From a virus (lineage: Duplodnaviria > Caudoviricetes): DNA of 64,000 nucleotides. Below are positions 43,979 to 54,708 of the stretch, piece after piece. The notes under the pieces were generated by a model. That model saw only the letters and a program-made list of their open reading frames with translations. It made no database searches and was not told the DNA's origin. The translations under genes and the position numbers were made by a program. The DNA lies in the IMG/VR virus record IMGVR_UViG_2645728028_000002, positions 64,001 through 128,000 of that record; one strand, 5' to 3'. Numbering within the stretch: position 1 is the stretch's first letter; each line of letters starts with the position of its first letter.

Positions 43979-45319
43979 ATGGCATTGAAGAACAGAACAA
44001 CTATTAAACTAAACAAAAAGCACGAAGGAAAAGAATTCCGAAATGAGTTCCGATTTGTAGGTTTGGTTAAACCTGTACGAAAAAAAGAAGTAGATGGTGA
44101 TAACTGGTTCGATGTTCCGTTCTACCAAAATACTAAAACTCAGACAAAAAAAGATCGCAGAGTACTTCAATTCAACGTTGAAACTGCTTATCGTAATGAA
44201 TTAAAGGTAGAACTTGCAGGAATGGAAAAAGACGTAGCTTATATCTACAGCTCAAAACATAAAAAATCTGCTCCAGTAGATTGGAATGATCGAGAAAATA
44301 AAGCAGCTTATCCAGATGAAACCTACCATTACATTCAACAAGAATGGGATAAAACTGAAGCAATTAGCAAGTATCTTGTAGAGGGCATGTGGGTAGATGT
44401 AAGAGGTCATTATGAATTTGACAAGTTTGAGAATGATGAAGGTCAAGAGTTTAAGTCAGTTAAAAGGATTATTGACAATGTGTATCCATTAAAAAATGGT
44501 GAAGTTGAAATTAAAGGATTGAAAAAAGACGATGCTTTCAGAGTTTACGATTCTGAGTCTGAAGGCATTCAACTTGGCTTTGGTAAAGCTAATGACGAAG
44601 GTGTAGCAGCAATTAAAGTGGGATGGTTAAATCCTGAAGGTGGAGAATTATTTGTTTGCAAATTAGACGGTGAAACAGAAGGTAAGCGAACAAAGCTTGA
44701 GTACACAGAGGATGGCGTTGAAACTGATCGAATTACAGTTAGAAACAATGTAACAAATGACATTCAACTAATTGCTCTTGATGGTAAAAAAGAATACGTT
44801 CCATATGTGAGAAACTTTAAGTCACCTGATTTCTTTGAAGTAAACTCATTTGAAATGCAGATTGGTATAAAGAGTACCTATCAAGATGAACAAACAAAAG
44901 ATACAAAAGTAAACGCTGTGTATCTTGCTTATGGTAAAGAGAAGAGTGTGCCAAAAGACGTAGAATTAACTGTTTATCACAAAGAAGCTGAAGAAGGTAA
45001 AACTCCATTCGCAGATGCTTTTGCAAGGTTAAATCGCTTAGATTTCTTAGTTGTAGAGGGTATTGACAATAATCGAGCAGAGTTTGCAATGGTTGAAGTT
45101 GAAGAGTCAGAAGATGATAATCCATTTGAAGATGTAGGAGAAAAAGTAGCATCTTATGAGCAAGTTTCTACTGGTACTAAAAAAGGATTAGAAATTCTAA
45201 CTTATGTCGGTGGTACATATAAAAAAGAACTGCTAACTGACGAGGAAATTACAGAAGAGCAGCAAAATGAAGATCCTTTCTCAAGTGTAAATATCTCAGA
45301 TGATGATCTTCCGTTTTAA
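43979..45319 (+). CDS. SSB-like protein with acidic DDLPF tail
   Basis: C-terminal ISDDDLPF; first gene of the replication operon. Confidence 0.65.
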   Translation: MALKNRTTIKLNKKHEGKEFRNEFRFVGLVKPVRKKEVDGDNWFDVPFYQNTKTQTKKDRRVLQFNVETAYRNELKVELAGMEKDVAYIYSSKHKKSAPVDWNDRENKAAYPDETYHYIQQEWDKTEAISKYLVEGMWVDVRGHYEFDKFENDEGQEFKSVKRIIDNVYPLKNGEVEIKGLKKDDAFRVYDSESEGIQLGFGKANDEGVAAIKVGWLNPEGGELFVCKLDGETEGKRTKLEYTEDGVETDRITVRNNVTNDIQLIALDGKKEYVPYVRNFKSPDFFEVNSFEMQIGIKSTYQDEQTKDTKVNAVYLAYGKEKSVPKDVELTVYHKEAEEGKTPFADAFARLNRLDFLVVEGIDNNRAEFAMVEVEESEDDNPFEDVGEKVASYEQVSTGTKKGLEILTYVGGTYKKELLTDEEITEEQQNEDPFSSVNISDDDLPF

Positions 45320-45368
45320 TAGTAATTAATTTAATATTTGTAAATAGATATAAAATAAAATTCTAGGA

Positions 45369-46535
45369 GTGTTGTATATAATGGCAGGATTTCGTAAAAA
45401 AATCAAAAAGAATGTTCCACGGGTTGAACTACAATCAATTATTACACTTGTTGCTGGAGGGTATAAGACGGGCAAAACCCGTCTTTGGAAAGAAGTAACT
45501 GAATTACACTATGCTGATCCAGAAGAAGCGCTTTTACTTGCTTTTGAAGATGGGTATGAAACATGGGAACTAGATAACATTGTCCCTCTACACGAGGAAG
45601 GAACAGATAAAGACCTTTGGAAAGTTTGGGAGTTCTTTAAAAAAGAAGTTGTACCTGATCTTGTGCAAGAAGCAAAGACAGGGCGAATTGTAAAACTGAT
45701 TGGTGTAGATACTGCAGACCGAGCAATTGATGCTTGTAGTGCATGGGTTCTTCACAACAGAACAAAAAAATACGGAAAAGATTTTGTTTCCCTCCAAGAT
45801 ATTTCAGACAGTACAAATGAAAATGGTTGGACAGCTCTATTCGAAGAATTGAGAAAGCCATTTGACACATTGAAAAATGCAGGTTATGGATTGTTCTATA
45901 TTGGATGGACAAAGGAAAAAGAAACTACATTACATAATGGATTAAAATATAACTCAATCCAATTGATGATGAATAATACTGGGAAAAAAGTGTTTGAATC
46001 TCAAGCAAGTTTAATTTGCTGCTTATTCAATGAAACTACAGTATATGATCGCAGTGGTAATGAGCTTGAAGAGAATGTGAAAGACAAAAAGAAACGTGAT
46101 GTGGCTAGTAATTTCCACGATACTAAAACAATGATGTACTTTAGACCATCTGAATTTGTTGAAATTGCTGGAGGACGGTATACTGATTTACCTGAGAAAG
46201 AAGAATACAGTGCAGAAAGCTTCCTAAAGGTATTTGAAAATGCTGTTAATGGACAGTTAAAGAAAACAAAGAAAACAGTTGAAGAAATTAAAGTGGATGA
46301 AGAAAAAGATCGTCAAGAAAAGGCTAACGAGTTAGCTGATAAACTTGAAAATAACCCTTCTGATGTAATGGAACAAGTTGCTGAAGTAATTGCAAAAATG
46401 AATCCAAAGCAAAAGCAGGAGGCTGCTGCTGGATTTGAAAAAGAATTCGGAGTAAAGAATTATAAGCAAGAAGAAGGCAACTTAGAAAATCTCAAAAAAG
46501 CATTAGAAATTGTTGAAAACATTGTAAGTAAATAA
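45369..46535 (+). CDS. AAA/P-loop ATPase (Sak4/YorG-like)
   Basis: AGGYKTGKT Walker A; LLAFEDG; IGVDTAD. Confidence 0.75.
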   Translation: MLYIMAGFRKKIKKNVPRVELQSIITLVAGGYKTGKTRLWKEVTELHYADPEEALLLAFEDGYETWELDNIVPLHEEGTDKDLWKVWEFFKKEVVPDLVQEAKTGRIVKLIGVDTADRAIDACSAWVLHNRTKKYGKDFVSLQDISDSTNENGWTALFEELRKPFDTLKNAGYGLFYIGWTKEKETTLHNGLKYNSIQLMMNNTGKKVFESQASLICCLFNETTVYDRSGNELEENVKDKKKRDVASNFHDTKTMMYFRPSEFVEIAGGRYTDLPEKEEYSAESFLKVFENAVNGQLKKTKKTVEEIKVDEEKDRQEKANELADKLENNPSDVMEQVAEVIAKMNPKQKQEAAAGFEKEFGVKNYKQEEGNLENLKKALEIVENIVSK

Positions 46536-46545
46536 TTTAACAAAC

Positions 46546-46575
46546 ACAGGGTAGGTAAAGAATTATCTACCCTGT
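46546..46575 (+). other. Intergenic hairpin
   Basis: ACAGGGTAGGTAA-AGAA-TTATCTACCCTGT. Confidence 0.55.
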
Positions 46576-46597
46576 AAATTTATAAGAAGGTGAAATA

Positions 46598-47194
46598 ATG
46601 AAGGAAGTAAAATGTACGTGGTGTAAAACAAAAGATAAAAAAGAGGAAATGAAGGTTGAAGAAAAAGGTACTGGTAAATTTAATAAAAATGGTACGGAAA
46701 AAATGGTGAGAAAATACTTCCATAAAGAATGTGAGATTGAATTTATTAAAGATAAAGAAATGAAAAAAAAGGAATTAGTTGAACTTGATTTATTATACAG
46801 TTTTCTTAGAGATCTACATAAGATTCAATTTCTAGATGGGCGTATGATGGAAAAGATCCAAGATTTAAGAAATGGAACAATAAAGATTGACGGTAGGAAA
46901 ATTAATAAATATAAACAAGGTGTTACGTATTCCCTTATGCTGGAAACGTATCAATATATCCAGCAGAAAATTGATTTCATTTTAAATTCAAATCAATTTA
47001 AAGAAAAGTGGAATGAGTTTTCTTATATTTTTGGTACTATGGTTAGAAATATCAATACTGTTCAAGAAGCAGAAAACAGGAGAGTGATAACGGAGAAAAT
47101 TAACCGAAACATTAAAGTAGATAAAGAAACTGTTGAAATTGAAGTAAAGAAAACACAGAAAAAAGATGACTTAGACATATCTGATTTTCTATAG
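46598..47194 (+). CDS. YorH-like replication-associated protein (CxxC...HxxC)
   Basis: KCTWCK..FHKEC; C-terminal DISDFL; precedes the helicase. Confidence 0.55.
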   Translation: MKEVKCTWCKTKDKKEEMKVEEKGTGKFNKNGTEKMVRKYFHKECEIEFIKDKEMKKKELVELDLLYSFLRDLHKIQFLDGRMMEKIQDLRNGTIKIDGRKINKYKQGVTYSLMLETYQYIQQKIDFILNSNQFKEKWNEFSYIFGTMVRNINTVQEAENRRVITEKINRNIKVDKETVEIEVKKTQKKDDLDISDFL

Positions 47195-47206
47195 AGGGAT
47201 GATAAT

Positions 47207-48709
47207 ATGAAATATATTAAAGAATTTATTGAACCATCATACATACACGAATCATTGCTTGTTGGATACTTATGGGCTAACCCAAGTTTATTCCAAAAAT
47301 ACCGAACACATAAGGTTACACAGGAGACTTTTACAGAAGCAGTTTGGTACTTTTATTTTACTGTAGGTAAGCAGATGTTTGAGAATGGAATTAGAGATTT
47401 TGATGACAAAACTACATACGCATTCCTAGTATCTAGACCAAAAGAGAAAAATAAAAAGAGTTATATTGATGCCTATAATGACTTTGGTGGCTATGATACT
47501 ATTTCAGAACTAATGGAAGCATGTAAGAGCGATAGCCAGAATGATGAATATCATTTTAGTGAAATCCAAAAATACGAGAGTCTTAGAAAGTTACAAAAAG
47601 ATTCTTTAATAAATGTTGAGGATAGACTTCTTGTTGAAAAATTATTAAAGATGACATTAAAACAAGTGCAGCTTTATATAACTGTAAAACAAAAAGAAGC
47701 TTTCTCACATATCAATTCTGGAGATGTTATAGAGCATGATTTAGTTGATGGTTTAGATGAAACTATTGAGGATTTGAACTCAGGTGAATCAATGGGATCT
47801 CCACTACATGACGCACCAAGATTAAATAGAAAAATCAAAGGGTGGAAAAACGGCTCACTTTACTATCTTGTTCTTTCATCTGGAGTAGGTAAATCTTCTA
47901 TTGCAATGGAAAAATTCATCCTTAGTTTGTTTGAAAATCAAGAAAAAGCGTTACTTGCCATCAATGAAGAAAGTGTAAAAAAGTGGCGTTCTCTTTTATT
48001 GGCGACAATAAGTGCAAAAATAAATAAAAAGCCTATTAACCGAGAGAAAATGTTTGAAGGTAATTTTCAGCAAGACATGTTAGATAAATTGGAAGCAGCC
48101 AAACAATGGGCTTGGAAACACGGTCAAGGACTTGTAAAGACTCTTGAATTAAAGAAATATAGGGTAGAAGACATTCTTAGCCGAGTTGAATTATACAGAC
48201 CAAAAGGATATACAAAATTAATTATTGATACATTTAAGCCTGACAGATCCTCCACTGACTTAGCACGATGGGAGTCATTTTCAAACTCAGCGCAAGAACT
48301 ACACGACTTAATTAAAGAGGATAACTACAATGTGGGTACGCTTGCTACTGTTCAGCTAAAGTTAGGAAAAGAAACCAGATACTTAGACTTGGATAGTACA
48401 GGTAAATCAATGGAGATCAATGAGGTTGCTGCAGTTGTAATGATGGGCAGGCTACTATTTGCAGATGAGTATCAAGATGAGAAAAGTAAGTTTAAATTAA
48501 AGCCGTACAATTACAAAAAAGACGAATTGACAGGCGAATGGTTTGAGGAACCTTATAAATTAAATGATAAAAAGACATACTTAGTTCTTTTTCTTGCTAA
48601 AAATCGTTTTGGCAGTGAAGAAGAGCAAATTATTTACGAAGTAAACTATGAAATAAACTCATTTAAAGAGGTAGCATTTGTGAAAGTTCCAAGATACGGA
48701 GGCATGTAG
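47207..48709 (+). CDS. DnaB-like replicative helicase (YorI-like)
   Basis: SSGVGKSS Walker A; IIDTFK; ATVQL; KNRFG. Confidence 0.85.
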   Translation: MKYIKEFIEPSYIHESLLVGYLWANPSLFQKYRTHKVTQETFTEAVWYFYFTVGKQMFENGIRDFDDKTTYAFLVSRPKEKNKKSYIDAYNDFGGYDTISELMEACKSDSQNDEYHFSEIQKYESLRKLQKDSLINVEDRLLVEKLLKMTLKQVQLYITVKQKEAFSHINSGDVIEHDLVDGLDETIEDLNSGESMGSPLHDAPRLNRKIKGWKNGSLYYLVLSSGVGKSSIAMEKFILSLFENQEKALLAINEESVKKWRSLLLATISAKINKKPINREKMFEGNFQQDMLDKLEAAKQWAWKHGQGLVKTLELKKYRVEDILSRVELYRPKGYTKLIIDTFKPDRSSTDLARWESFSNSAQELHDLIKEDNYNVGTLATVQLKLGKETRYLDLDSTGKSMEINEVAAVVMMGRLLFADEYQDEKSKFKLKPYNYKKDELTGEWFEEPYKLNDKKTYLVLFLAKNRFGSEEEQIIYEVNYEINSFKEVAFVKVPRYGGM

Positions 48710-48724
48710 CGAGTAGGTGAGAAT

Positions 48725-49792
48725 GTGTCGGACTTACAAGAAATAAAGAAAAGAATACATAATGAAGGTAAGATTGAAGAAGTTTTAGAGATGTTAGATT
48801 GCTGGAGCATTAACACAGAACAGAATGGGAAACTTTATGTTGCTGGCTTACCCGATGGAGATAATGAACGAAGTGTACAAGTGAAAAATAACGAGTCACT
48901 AATCAGTCACATTCGATCTAAAGGCGTAGAAGGCAGTATATTTGATATTGTCAGTTACATTGTATTTAATGCGGACACAAAAGAAAAAAGAGATGACTCA
49001 TTATCTAAAAGTAAGTTTTGGATTTGTCAGAAATTGAATTATCCAGAATACATAGATGAATTCTATAGAGTTACATCTGATGTAAAAGCAGAAAAGCCAC
49101 AATTCAATTCTTGGTTAAAGAAAGTTAATCAAACAAAAGAGATTATAATTGTAGAAAATAACGTTTATCCAGTCAATGTACTAAGTAACTTTGGGACAAT
49201 TCCCTATAAGAAATGGGTAGATGAAGGGTTATCTATAAAAACTCAAAAAGAGTTTCAGGTGGGAATAGATGTAAAAACTGAGCGTATTACCTTTGCTGTT
49301 CATAATAAAAATGGTGAGCTAATAGGGGTGAAAGGGAGATACTGCGGTAGCGATAAGAAAATTGAAGATCAATACAAGTATCTCTATCTCCTTCCTTGTA
49401 ATAAATCAATTGAATTTTTCAATCTGCATAGAGCATTACCTCATATAAAAAATAAGAAAGAAGTAATTATTGTCGAGGGTGGAAAAACCACCATGTATCT
49501 TCATCAGTGGGGCTATAAAAATAGCATAAGTATTGAAGGAGATAGTTTGTCAGAATATCAGATACAAATATTGAAAAGTTTAGGGTTGGATATTAAATTT
49601 CTTTTTGCTTACGACAAGGATAAAGATGCTGCATTTATTGTACAAGAAGCGTCTAAATTAAATGGTCGAATGAAATATGGAATATTCGATAGGGATAACA
49701 TGTTAACGGATAAGGACTCTCCAACAGATAAAGGAAAGTTAGTCTGGGAGAAATTATACAGCGATTTTCAATTTAAACTAAGGTTGGGATAA
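48725..49792 (+). CDS. DNA primase, TOPRIM domain (YorJ-like)
   Basis: GELIGVKGR, IIVEGGK, FAYDKD. Confidence 0.82.
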   Translation: MSDLQEIKKRIHNEGKIEEVLEMLDCWSINTEQNGKLYVAGLPDGDNERSVQVKNNESLISHIRSKGVEGSIFDIVSYIVFNADTKEKRDDSLSKSKFWICQKLNYPEYIDEFYRVTSDVKAEKPQFNSWLKKVNQTKEIIIVENNVYPVNVLSNFGTIPYKKWVDEGLSIKTQKEFQVGIDVKTERITFAVHNKNGELIGVKGRYCGSDKKIEDQYKYLYLLPCNKSIEFFNLHRALPHIKNKKEVIIVEGGKTTMYLHQWGYKNSISIEGDSLSEYQIQILKSLGLDIKFLFAYDKDKDAAFIVQEASKLNGRMKYGIFDRDNMLTDKDSPTDKGKLVWEKLYSDFQFKLRLG

Positions 49793-49793
49793 T

Positions 49794-51482
49794 ATGCAAT
49801 ACACATTAATTGGGGATAATGATTACCTATTTAGTCCTGTAGATACAATCTTTAAAAATAGAGGGGTAACGAATAAGGAAGATATTTTAAATTTAGATGA
49901 GTCTAAATGTCATAGTTATAAGTTATTAAAAAATATAGAGAGAGCTGCAGATTTATTAATTCGACATATCAATGAGGGCAGTGAAGTATTTGTTCAGGCA
50001 GATCCAGATTGTGATGGTTATTCTTCAACTTCAATGATAATTAATTATATAAAAAAATCTTTCGGTAAGTGTAATTTAACTTGGCACTTACCGAAAGGAA
50101 AAGAACACGGTGTTGAAGTGAAAAATGTACCAAATAATACTAAATTGGTCATAATTCCAGACTCAGGAAGTAATCAATATAAAGAACACAAGGAATTGCA
50201 GGAAAAAGGAATTGATGTAATTGTACTTGATCATCATATTTGTGAGGAAGAATCTAAAGATGCAATTGTAGTTAACAATCAATTATCACCTCTCTATCCT
50301 AATAAAAATTTATCTGGTGCAGGTATAGTGTATAAATTTTGTCAAGCTCTTGATGATAAATTAGGTCTTAATAATGCCGACAACTATTTAGATTTATTAG
50401 CTATAGGAAACATCGGAGATATGATGGACTTGAGGGAACCAGAAACGAGATATCTCGTTAAACGGGGATTGGACAATATTCAAAATCCAATGTTAAAGGA
50501 AATAATTAAAAAACAAGATTTTTCAATGAAAGGGACAGTGAATATTCACAATGTAGGCTTTTTTGTCTGCCCATTAATTAATGCAGGGGTTAGATTTGGT
50601 TCAAATGAAGACAAGAAACAACTAATGGAAGCCTTGTTAGAGTCTAAAGAAGAAGTTTATTACAAAAAGAAAGATGTATATGAATCCATACAGGAAGCAA
50701 CGGCAAGGAATCTAGGTAACTTGAGAAATAGACAGAATACAGCAAGGGACAATAGTACAGAGAAGATTATTAGTATAGTTGAAAGTAGTAATCTAAAAGA
50801 ACGTTCTATTATTGTTGCCAAAGTTGGTGATTTTCTTGATAAAAGCTTAACAGGATTAGTGGCAAATAATCTTGCGAAAAAGTATAAAAAACCTGTTGTT
50901 CTGTTAAGAGAAAAGGAAAACGGTATTTTCACTGGATCAGCAAGAGGATACGATAAAGGTAATATCAAAAACTTTAGAGAACACCTACTTGATACGGATT
51001 TATTCAACTTTTGTGAAGGTCACGATAACTCATTTGGTGTTGAAATTGAAACAGAGAGACTTAAAGAGCTTGAAGATTTACTTTTAAAAACTAAAGAAGA
51101 GTCCACAGGTACAGGAATTGAAGTTGATTTTGAAATTCCTTTCAACGATATTGATAAACAATTGGTTCTAGAGGTAGGAGAATATAAAAATGAGTGGGGA
51201 TCGACTATACAGGAACCCAAAATTATTTATAAAGGTTTGACTGTTGCAGCAAACGATATTTCTCTTATTGGAAAGAAGAAAAATACATTAAAACTCATAG
51301 TAAATGACATTGAATTCATTAAATTCTTTGTAAAAAAAGAGGAATATGAAACGCATTTCAGTGAGGGTGAAACTTTTTATATAGATGTAATAGGAAAGTG
51401 CTCCATAAATGAATGGAACGGTGTTAGAACCCCACAAATCGAAATATTAGAATATAAAGTTACTGAAACCTTGTTATTCTAA
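49794..51482 (+). CDS. RecJ-like DHH ssDNA exonuclease (YorK-like)
   Basis: DPDCDGYSS, PDSG, LDHH, LSGAG, GSARG, EGHDNSFG. Confidence 0.9.
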   Translation: MQYTLIGDNDYLFSPVDTIFKNRGVTNKEDILNLDESKCHSYKLLKNIERAADLLIRHINEGSEVFVQADPDCDGYSSTSMIINYIKKSFGKCNLTWHLPKGKEHGVEVKNVPNNTKLVIIPDSGSNQYKEHKELQEKGIDVIVLDHHICEEESKDAIVVNNQLSPLYPNKNLSGAGIVYKFCQALDDKLGLNNADNYLDLLAIGNIGDMMDLREPETRYLVKRGLDNIQNPMLKEIIKKQDFSMKGTVNIHNVGFFVCPLINAGVRFGSNEDKKQLMEALLESKEEVYYKKKDVYESIQEATARNLGNLRNRQNTARDNSTEKIISIVESSNLKERSIIVAKVGDFLDKSLTGLVANNLAKKYKKPVVLLREKENGIFTGSARGYDKGNIKNFREHLLDTDLFNFCEGHDNSFGVEIETERLKELEDLLLKTKEESTGTGIEVDFEIPFNDIDKQLVLEVGEYKNEWGSTIQEPKIIYKGLTVAANDISLIGKKKNTLKLIVNDIEFIKFFVKKEEYETHFSEGETFYIDVIGKCSINEWNGVRTPQIEILEYKVTETLLF

Positions 51483-51506
51483 ATAGAAAAGAAATGAGGT
51501 GAAGAA

Positions 51507-53807
51507 TTGTTAATTCAACCTAAGTTAGAGACAGAAGTAACAAAAAAGTATGAAAAACATTGGACTGATAATTTTGATGATATCGAAAGACTGTTTATAA
51601 AAGATACCCCAAAGTTAGGGGTATTTGATGCCGAAACAACTGGACTACATATTAAAAAAGATAAACCTTTTATGTGGGTATTTGGATGGCTGTTACCAAA
51701 AGAAAAACAAACTAACGAATTAAAAGGAAGAGTTTTTGCTTTTGAACATGATTTAGTTCTTTTAGTAAAAATAATTAATCTATCAAAAGAAATAAAAATG
51801 CTTGTAGGACATAATGTAAAGTATGACCTACACATGCTAATCAATGGTGGGGTAGATGAAGAAATTGTCTACGACTTAAAGAATATCTCTGATACAATGG
51901 GAATTTGCAGAATGTCATTCGATGCTGTTTCAGCTAGAGATGGAGGAGACATGTTGGGGCTAAAAAAAGTCTCTGAAAAATATATTGATCCAAGAGCAGC
52001 CGAATTTGAAAAAGAAGTTAAGAAGGAATTAAAAAGAATTAATGATGCAAAACGTGTAGTATTAAAGGATTTACTTAAACCTTATAAAGATATCGGATGG
52101 GGCTTAGGAAAGATAAAGGAAGCTTACAAAGTTAAAAAGAGAAATGAAATGGACATGTTTACAAAAGAGCGTAAACAAAGATGGCTTGAAATACCAAAAG
52201 AAATTGAAAATTTATATTTCAATTGGCTTGAAGAACACCCTTTTGCCGATTACTCTGAAGTTGATAGAAATATTATGATGGAGTATGTTCATGGTGATGG
52301 TATTTACACATTAGAACTTGTTGAAAAGTTTTATCCTACAGTATTACAAAGAAAGCAGAAAGAATTATTTGAAAAAGAAAATAAATTGATAATCGAATTA
52401 TTAAAAATGGAACGTGTAGGCATGACAGTAAATATGGATTACCTAAAGGAATGTTTTGAGAAATGTGATAATGAAATTCAGAAGCTTTATGAAGAATTGT
52501 GGAATATAGTTGGAGAGTTTTTTACTGTCTCACAAGAGAAAGTTATTGCGGATTATTTTGAAAAGTTGCTTGGTGAAAGACCCTCTTCAACAGATAAATC
52601 CTTCTTGAAAAAGCATAAGGAAGATCGAGTTTCACAATTAATCACTAGGTTAAGACGATTAGAAAAATGGCAATCCACATACATTTCAAGAATAATTGAA
52701 GTTGCTGAATATGATGGGAATTTCTATACTCAATATGGCCAATTCAATACTGTCTCTGGGAGATTAGGCTCTGATGCACAGCAGTTTCCAAAGGAAAGGA
52801 TTCTCTCAGAAGAAGGAGAAAAATACGAAAAGGAACACGGAGAAGGAAAAGCGCCTGTGGAGATGGAAATCTTTTCACCAAGAAGAGCGTTTATTCCTAG
52901 AGGTGGGAAATATGGTAAGATTGCTTATTTTGACTTGTCTCAAATTGAGTTAAGGGCACAAGCAAACTACACTATGCTTCTAGGCAGACCTGATCTCAAC
53001 TTATGTCGTGCATACATGCCTTATAAATGTAAGCATTATAAAACAGGAGAAGAGTATAAGTACGACACTAAAATTGAACGTATGAGATGGATCGAAAAGA
53101 AAGATGATGGAACATCAGTGTGGTTAATGGAGGACGGTTCACCTTGGGTTCCTACTGATGTTCATAGTGAGACTAGTCACAATACACTGATCGCTTTGGC
53201 TTATAAATGTGCAGAAAAGTATAAAGAATACTTTCATGATACAGAGTCACCAGTTGATGAAAAATCATTCAAAAAGTTTTGGAGATACATAGGAAAAATG
53301 TTTAACTTCATGCGTAACTATGGTGGAGGAGCAAAGAAAGCCTCTGAAGCTTTAGAAGTATCAATGGAAATTGCAAATGCATTAGTTTCTGGCTGGTCTA
53401 GCACATTCCCTGAAGTGGCGTATTATCAAAAAATGGTAGGGAGTAAAGTACAAAAGGCTAATCATGCTACAAACATGTATGGCAGAGTTTACTATCTGTC
53501 AAATACAGAAAAGGCTTATAAAGTTGGAAACTACCTTGTACAAGGCTCATGTGCAGATATGCTTAAAGACTATGTAGTTAGAATCGGTGAATGGTTGAAA
53601 CAAAATAAATGTAAGACATTGTTTTTAGCTAATATTCATGATGAACTCCAATTCCTTGTTTATGAAGGAGAGGAATGGATATTTCCATACATTAAGCAGA
53701 TCATGGAAGACGTTGATTGGATGAAAGTACCTGTAGTTGTTGACTTGGAGATAACTGAAACAACATGGGCAGATAAAAAAGAAGTTCACATTGAATTGCC
53801 AGCTTAA
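51507..53807 (+). CDS. polA: Family-A DNA polymerase with 3'-5' exonuclease
   Basis: DAETTG, HNVKYD, TVSGRL, DLSQIELR (motif A), KMFNFMRNYG (motif B), IHDEL (motif C). Confidence 0.92.
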   Translation: MLIQPKLETEVTKKYEKHWTDNFDDIERLFIKDTPKLGVFDAETTGLHIKKDKPFMWVFGWLLPKEKQTNELKGRVFAFEHDLVLLVKIINLSKEIKMLVGHNVKYDLHMLINGGVDEEIVYDLKNISDTMGICRMSFDAVSARDGGDMLGLKKVSEKYIDPRAAEFEKEVKKELKRINDAKRVVLKDLLKPYKDIGWGLGKIKEAYKVKKRNEMDMFTKERKQRWLEIPKEIENLYFNWLEEHPFADYSEVDRNIMMEYVHGDGIYTLELVEKFYPTVLQRKQKELFEKENKLIIELLKMERVGMTVNMDYLKECFEKCDNEIQKLYEELWNIVGEFFTVSQEKVIADYFEKLLGERPSSTDKSFLKKHKEDRVSQLITRLRRLEKWQSTYISRIIEVAEYDGNFYTQYGQFNTVSGRLGSDAQQFPKERILSEEGEKYEKEHGEGKAPVEMEIFSPRRAFIPRGGKYGKIAYFDLSQIELRAQANYTMLLGRPDLNLCRAYMPYKCKHYKTGEEYKYDTKIERMRWIEKKDDGTSVWLMEDGSPWVPTDVHSETSHNTLIALAYKCAEKYKEYFHDTESPVDEKSFKKFWRYIGKMFNFMRNYGGGAKKASEALEVSMEIANALVSGWSSTFPEVAYYQKMVGSKVQKANHATNMYGRVYYLSNTEKAYKVGNYLVQGSCADMLKDYVVRIGEWLKQNKCKTLFLANIHDELQFLVYEGEEWIFPYIKQIMEDVDWMKVPVVVDLEITETTWADKKEVHIELPA

Positions 53808-53961
53808 GGAGGTGTGAAGTCCAATGATATCAAGGCTAAAAGACAGTATAAATCACTATAAAATTAAACTTTTATCTCAAGAGTCAATGCTGCTGGAATC
53901 AGTGTTGATATTGATCTCATTTATTATTTTGATCGGAGTTCATAATTTTGCAAAATAAGTG

Positions 53962-53990
53962 TTGTAATATCAAATAATTTAACATATAAT
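53962..53990 (+). promoter_or_regulatory. SigA promoter with repeated operator
   Basis: TTGTAA-17-TATAAT with ATCAAATAATTTAACA. Confidence 0.6.
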
Positions 53991-54041
53991 AAAATTAATC
54001 AAATAAGAAAGGAAGTGATGAGCCTAACCTTGGCAAGTTAG

Positions 54042-54696
54042 GTGATCAATATGAAACTAAAACATCCAGTTAGCGCAAGTATTATTGGGGGTTTACTGAT
54101 AACTAATATTGTTACTGGTTATCAGTTTTCCTCAGAATATCATAAACAAGAGTTAGAGATTCATAAGAAAGAGGAGACCATAAACAGACAGCAGGGAAGT
54201 ATATTTGAGAAAAATAGCTTGTTAGAGAAGCAGCAAGGTGAACTGAATACATATAAAGAAACTGAATCAAAATTAAATAATCAAATAAATATAAAAGACG
54301 ATGAAATTAATAAACTCAAAAAACAACTTGAGGAGACAAAGAAAAGGGAGAAGGAGTCACCCTAGAAAACAAGTTGTGAGTAGAGGGAAAGTTTCAAGTA
54401 AGCAATATTTTGAAGTCACAGCTTACACTGCAGGCTACGAATCAACTCAGAAGCGTAAAGGCGATAAAGGGTACGGTATTACAGCTAGTGGGACTACAGT
54501 GAGTGAAGGGCGTACAGTGGCATGCCCTAAATCTATACCATTTGGAACTAAAGTAAATATTGAAGGGGTGGGACTAAGAATTTGTGAAGATCGTGGGAGT
54601 GCCATAACTAACGGACATTTAGACGTCTATATGGGTAGTTTAAGTCAAGCACAAAAGTTTGGTAGAAAGGTGTTGTCAGTGGAAATTTTAAATTAG
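54042..54696 (+). CDS. Membrane-anchored coiled-coil plus 3D-domain (lytic-transglycosylase-like, YorM-like) protein split by a +1 frameshift at 54360-54363
   Basis: ORF1 (TM + coiled coil) ends CCC TAG; +1 frame continues PRKQVVSRG..VTAYT..GITASG..EDRGSAI..HLDVYM. Confidence 0.8.
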
Positions 54697-54708
54697 GAGG
54701 GAGATTAA

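Noticed and set aside
53858-53875. Perfect palindrome ATAAAA-TTAAAC-TTTTAT
   Set aside because: Lies inside a small putative ORF after polA rather than at a boundary; counted as a motif match but not as a unit boundary
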